This document shows, in pieces, positions 8,559 to 10,530 of a DNA stretch of 10,530 nucleotides. Both the position numbers and the translations under genes were made by a program. Below the pieces are notes generated by a model. It was not told where the DNA came from and did not search any database. It worked only from the letters and a program-made list of their open reading frames with translations. Location of the stretch: IMG/VR virus record IMGVR_UViG_3300029241_000040; one strand, 5' to 3'. Each line of letters opens with the position of its first letter. The first letter of the stretch is position 1. The stretch comes from a virus. Taxonomy: Duplodnaviria > Heunggongvirae > Uroviricota > Caudoviricetes.

Positions 8559-9247
8559 ATAAGCCGTGATGGACGGGCGGAAAGTGACTTTTCCCAGATC
8601 TTCGGCAGGTCTGGTACCAGCTTCTGGACATGATTCCGCGCCAGTGTGGTTGGTAAACGGCTAAATCGGTTTCCATTGCAACGCCCACAAATCTTATAAA
8701 CAGGCGTGCCATGAAGCCGGGTCCTTTTTTCATCCAGGACAATACCTTTACCCTTACACCCTCTGCACGCTGTGCTGACTTCTCCCTTACCATGACAATG
8801 CTGACATAGTTCCTTCACCCACTCTTCCTTGATAACAGATTCCCCGCTTCTGGAGTGTTTCACCACCTCGCGCAATACATTATGAAATCCAGTACCAGCA
8901 CAATGCTCACAGCGAGCCTTACTTGCCGCAGACCTGGAATAATCAGCAAAGGCAAAATTCACAAGGTAAGGGATGATCTGTAACCGGATTTCTTCACTCA
9001 ATTTGTTCAATGTCGGGTTATCCAGTGCCATCGCGTAATTGAGCAGACCTTCAATCGCAAACTGAGGATCCTGAACACCAACTTTTGCCAGGAATAAGGC
9101 AAACCCAAGCGGTGCTTTCGACTGCACCATCCCCTGCGCAGCCATCACATCTGTAATTGTTAAACCACCCGAGCCTGTCGCCGGTGCGTCATCACTCAAT
9201 TTTGGAGATTTTGGGGAGTAATATTTTGGTAAAGCTTCAAGGTTCAT
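8519..9247 (-). CDS. Q-like late antiterminator (QuuQ-type, 242 aa) with a cysteine-rich zinc-finger region
   Basis: Four CxxCxGxG-type repeats (CEHCAGTG, CQHCHGKG, CRGCKGKG, CGRCNGNR). Position downstream of DUF968 and KilA-C genes matches the lambdoid nin to Q arrangement. The sequence resembles my recollection of Qin-prophage QuuQ, which is unverified. Confidence 0.6.
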   Translation of the reverse strand: MNLEALPKYYSPKSPKLSDDAPATGSGGLTITDVMAAQGMVQSKAPLGFALFLAKVGVQDPQFAIEGLLNYAMALDNPTLNKLSEEIRLQIIPYLVNFAFADYSRSAASKARCEHCAGTGFHNVLREVVKHSRSGESVIKEEWVKELCQHCHGKGEVSTACRGCKGKGIVLDEKRTRLHGTPVYKICGRCNGNRFSRLPTTLARNHVQKLVPDLPKIWEKSLSARPSRLMWWEMTALTSAIA

Positions 9248-9260
9248 GCTCGTTCTCCAC

Positions 9261-10256
9261 TTACGCCAGTACGCCTATTGCCAGCGCACGATCGATAAAA
9301 CGAAATATCAGCTCCAGCTGGGAGCCATACTTCTCTTCAAATGCCACGGTATCCGCATGCAGCTCGTCGTGATGCTTTCTGCACAAAGGCAACACAAAGA
9401 GGTCATGCGCTTTTGTACCCATCCCACCCTGACCGTGGCCTATCAGGTGGTGGGGATCATCAGCAGGCTTTCCACAACATGCACACGGCTGTGTCTTAAC
9501 CCAGCGCGTGTACTTTTCATTAACCCAGCGGCGACGTTTTGGGCGTAACATAAAAGACTCCGGCGACTCCGGATCCACTTTCAGCGCCAGCACCTTTTTC
9601 GCCTTATCCTGGATGATGCTGGTGGCAGGAACCGAAGGCACAAGGTCACTTTCCCGGGTGACAGACGGCACAACAGGCTTCGGTAATCTCAGTGCCTTAC
9701 GGGCTGCACTTTCCGGTAAGGCATCCGCCAGGTCATTACGAATCAGCCACCAGCACAGTTCCGGCATTGTCACAACGTGACTGTCATCAAAACCGAGATC
9801 CCGACGCACAACAGACAACACCCAGCGGGCACAGTTATCCGTTGCCATTGATTCCAGCCGTTCCGTGAACTGATCGCGCAGCTGGTTATCGCAGTGCCAG
9901 CACAGACGGATTGCACCCGGAGCGTGTCGCATTGTGGTCATGTTCTCGCTGTGCCAGTCGGAATGAGGCCACTGGCAGCCTTTTTCACGAAGTAACCAGC
10001 TTTCAAGACATTCCACGCCACCAGCACGACGGATCACTGCCTCATTGCGGAACACGGCCAGAACGGCAGGATCATCCGCCAGCGGTTGTGATGCCGCCGG
10101 AACGGCACCACTGGCGAAAGATGAATAACGCTCCGGCTCAGGCTCCAGCAGGACACGCCCCTGCATAAACAGGGGCATCAGCTCTGAACCTGGTCTGAAC
10201 AATACGATCCCCATACGCGGGGCAATTTCAGGGGTCAGTAGTGCTCTCACGGTCAC
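9261..10256 (-). CDS. DUF968-family lambdoid prophage protein with a C-terminal HNH-like motif (YdfU-like, 331 aa)
   Basis: C-terminal CACCGKPADDPHHLIGHGQGG...LCRKHHDELH has the Cys and His spacing of an HNH / zinc-binding motif. It lies immediately upstream of the Q-like gene. Confidence 0.6.
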   Translation of the reverse strand: MTVRALLTPEIAPRMGIVLFRPGSELMPLFMQGRVLLEPEPERYSSFASGAVPAASQPLADDPAVLAVFRNEAVIRRAGGVECLESWLLREKGCQWPHSDWHSENMTTMRHAPGAIRLCWHCDNQLRDQFTERLESMATDNCARWVLSVVRRDLGFDDSHVVTMPELCWWLIRNDLADALPESAARKALRLPKPVVPSVTRESDLVPSVPATSIIQDKAKKVLALKVDPESPESFMLRPKRRRWVNEKYTRWVKTQPCACCGKPADDPHHLIGHGQGGMGTKAHDLFVLPLCRKHHDELHADTVAFEEKYGSQLELIFRFIDRALAIGVLA

Positions 10257-10257
10257 C

Positions 10258-10530
10258 TCAATGAACGGTATCGAGCAGCTTTAACAGCTCAGGGAATCGG
10301 GATTCGAAGAAATGCGGCTGCGTCTCGCGCGGATTTGCGGGACTGGTGATGTTCTTGCCGAACATGCAACCTTTCGCTGTCAGCGACCAGAATTTTTTGA
10401 TGTTGTTAATCGTGGTACGGCTGTATCGTTCGCGCTGCTCGACGATCCCCAGCTTCACCATCTGGTGATATGCCTGATTAGCTGTCAGGCGGATACCATA
10501 CTGCTTCAGCAGTGCACTCAGTGACAGCGT
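10258..10530 (-). CDS. KilA-C / antirepressor-like protein (Roi-like), C-terminal fragment; the gene continues past the right edge of the window
   Basis: The reading frame is open from the window edge: TLSLSALLKQYGIRLTANQAYHQMVKLGIVEQRERYSRTTINNIKKFWSLTAKG... It resembles the KilA-C domain in lambdoid nin regions. The ORF-track Met at 10461 is internal. Confidence 0.5.
   Translation of the reverse strand, partial: TLSLSALLKQYGIRLTANQAYHQMVKLGIVEQRERYSRTTINNIKKFWSLTAKGCMFGKNITSPANPRETQPHFFESRFPELLKLLDTVH

Noticed and set aside
8545-8793. 82-aa minus-strand ORF overlapping the Q 3' end, with vague resemblance (RRSGKSHFPP) to the GGRR...HEFP motif of Mu N
   Set aside because: It is out of frame with the downstream N-like gene and in the wrong order relative to the genuine EDLG motif on the same nucleotides. 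It also lies entirely within the Q-like gene. Treated as a chance frame.
9157-10524. Plus-strand ORFs opposite the Q, DUF968 and KilA-C genes (9157-9372, 9246-9548, 9508-9780, 9911-10168, 10312-10524)
   Set aside because: Shadow ORFs antisense to supported genes, with no motifs and no plausible starts or ribosome-binding sites.

Overview
The window is one end of a defective, mosaic enterobacterial prophage with e14-like architecture. Read right to left on the minus strand it carries a lambdoid late-regulatory block (KilA-C fragment, DUF968/HNH-like protein, Q-like antiterminator) fused directly onto a Mu-like baseplate module (N/gp43-like remnant, then gp44-, gp45-, gp46-, gp47/J- and gp48-like genes), then a short tail fibre and its assembly chaperone. 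Next comes a complete Pin/Gin/Hin-type invertible tail-fibre switch: two hix/gix-like 26-bp crossover sites in inverted orientation (1572-1597 and 3429-3454), a silent alternative fibre C-terminus plus chaperone cassette inside the segment, and a 184-aa serine invertase (963-1517). Beyond the invertase, at the position where e14 carries mcrA, sits an AT-rich gene (129-902) for a 257-aa protein with a clear N-terminal GIY-YIG nuclease domain and a C-terminal domain of about 145 aa that I cannot assign. This is my best candidate for an undescribed single-gene defence or nuclease cargo. I saw no tRNA, rRNA or CRISPR array. All homology statements come from reading the translations and from recalled family motifs; no database search was run.
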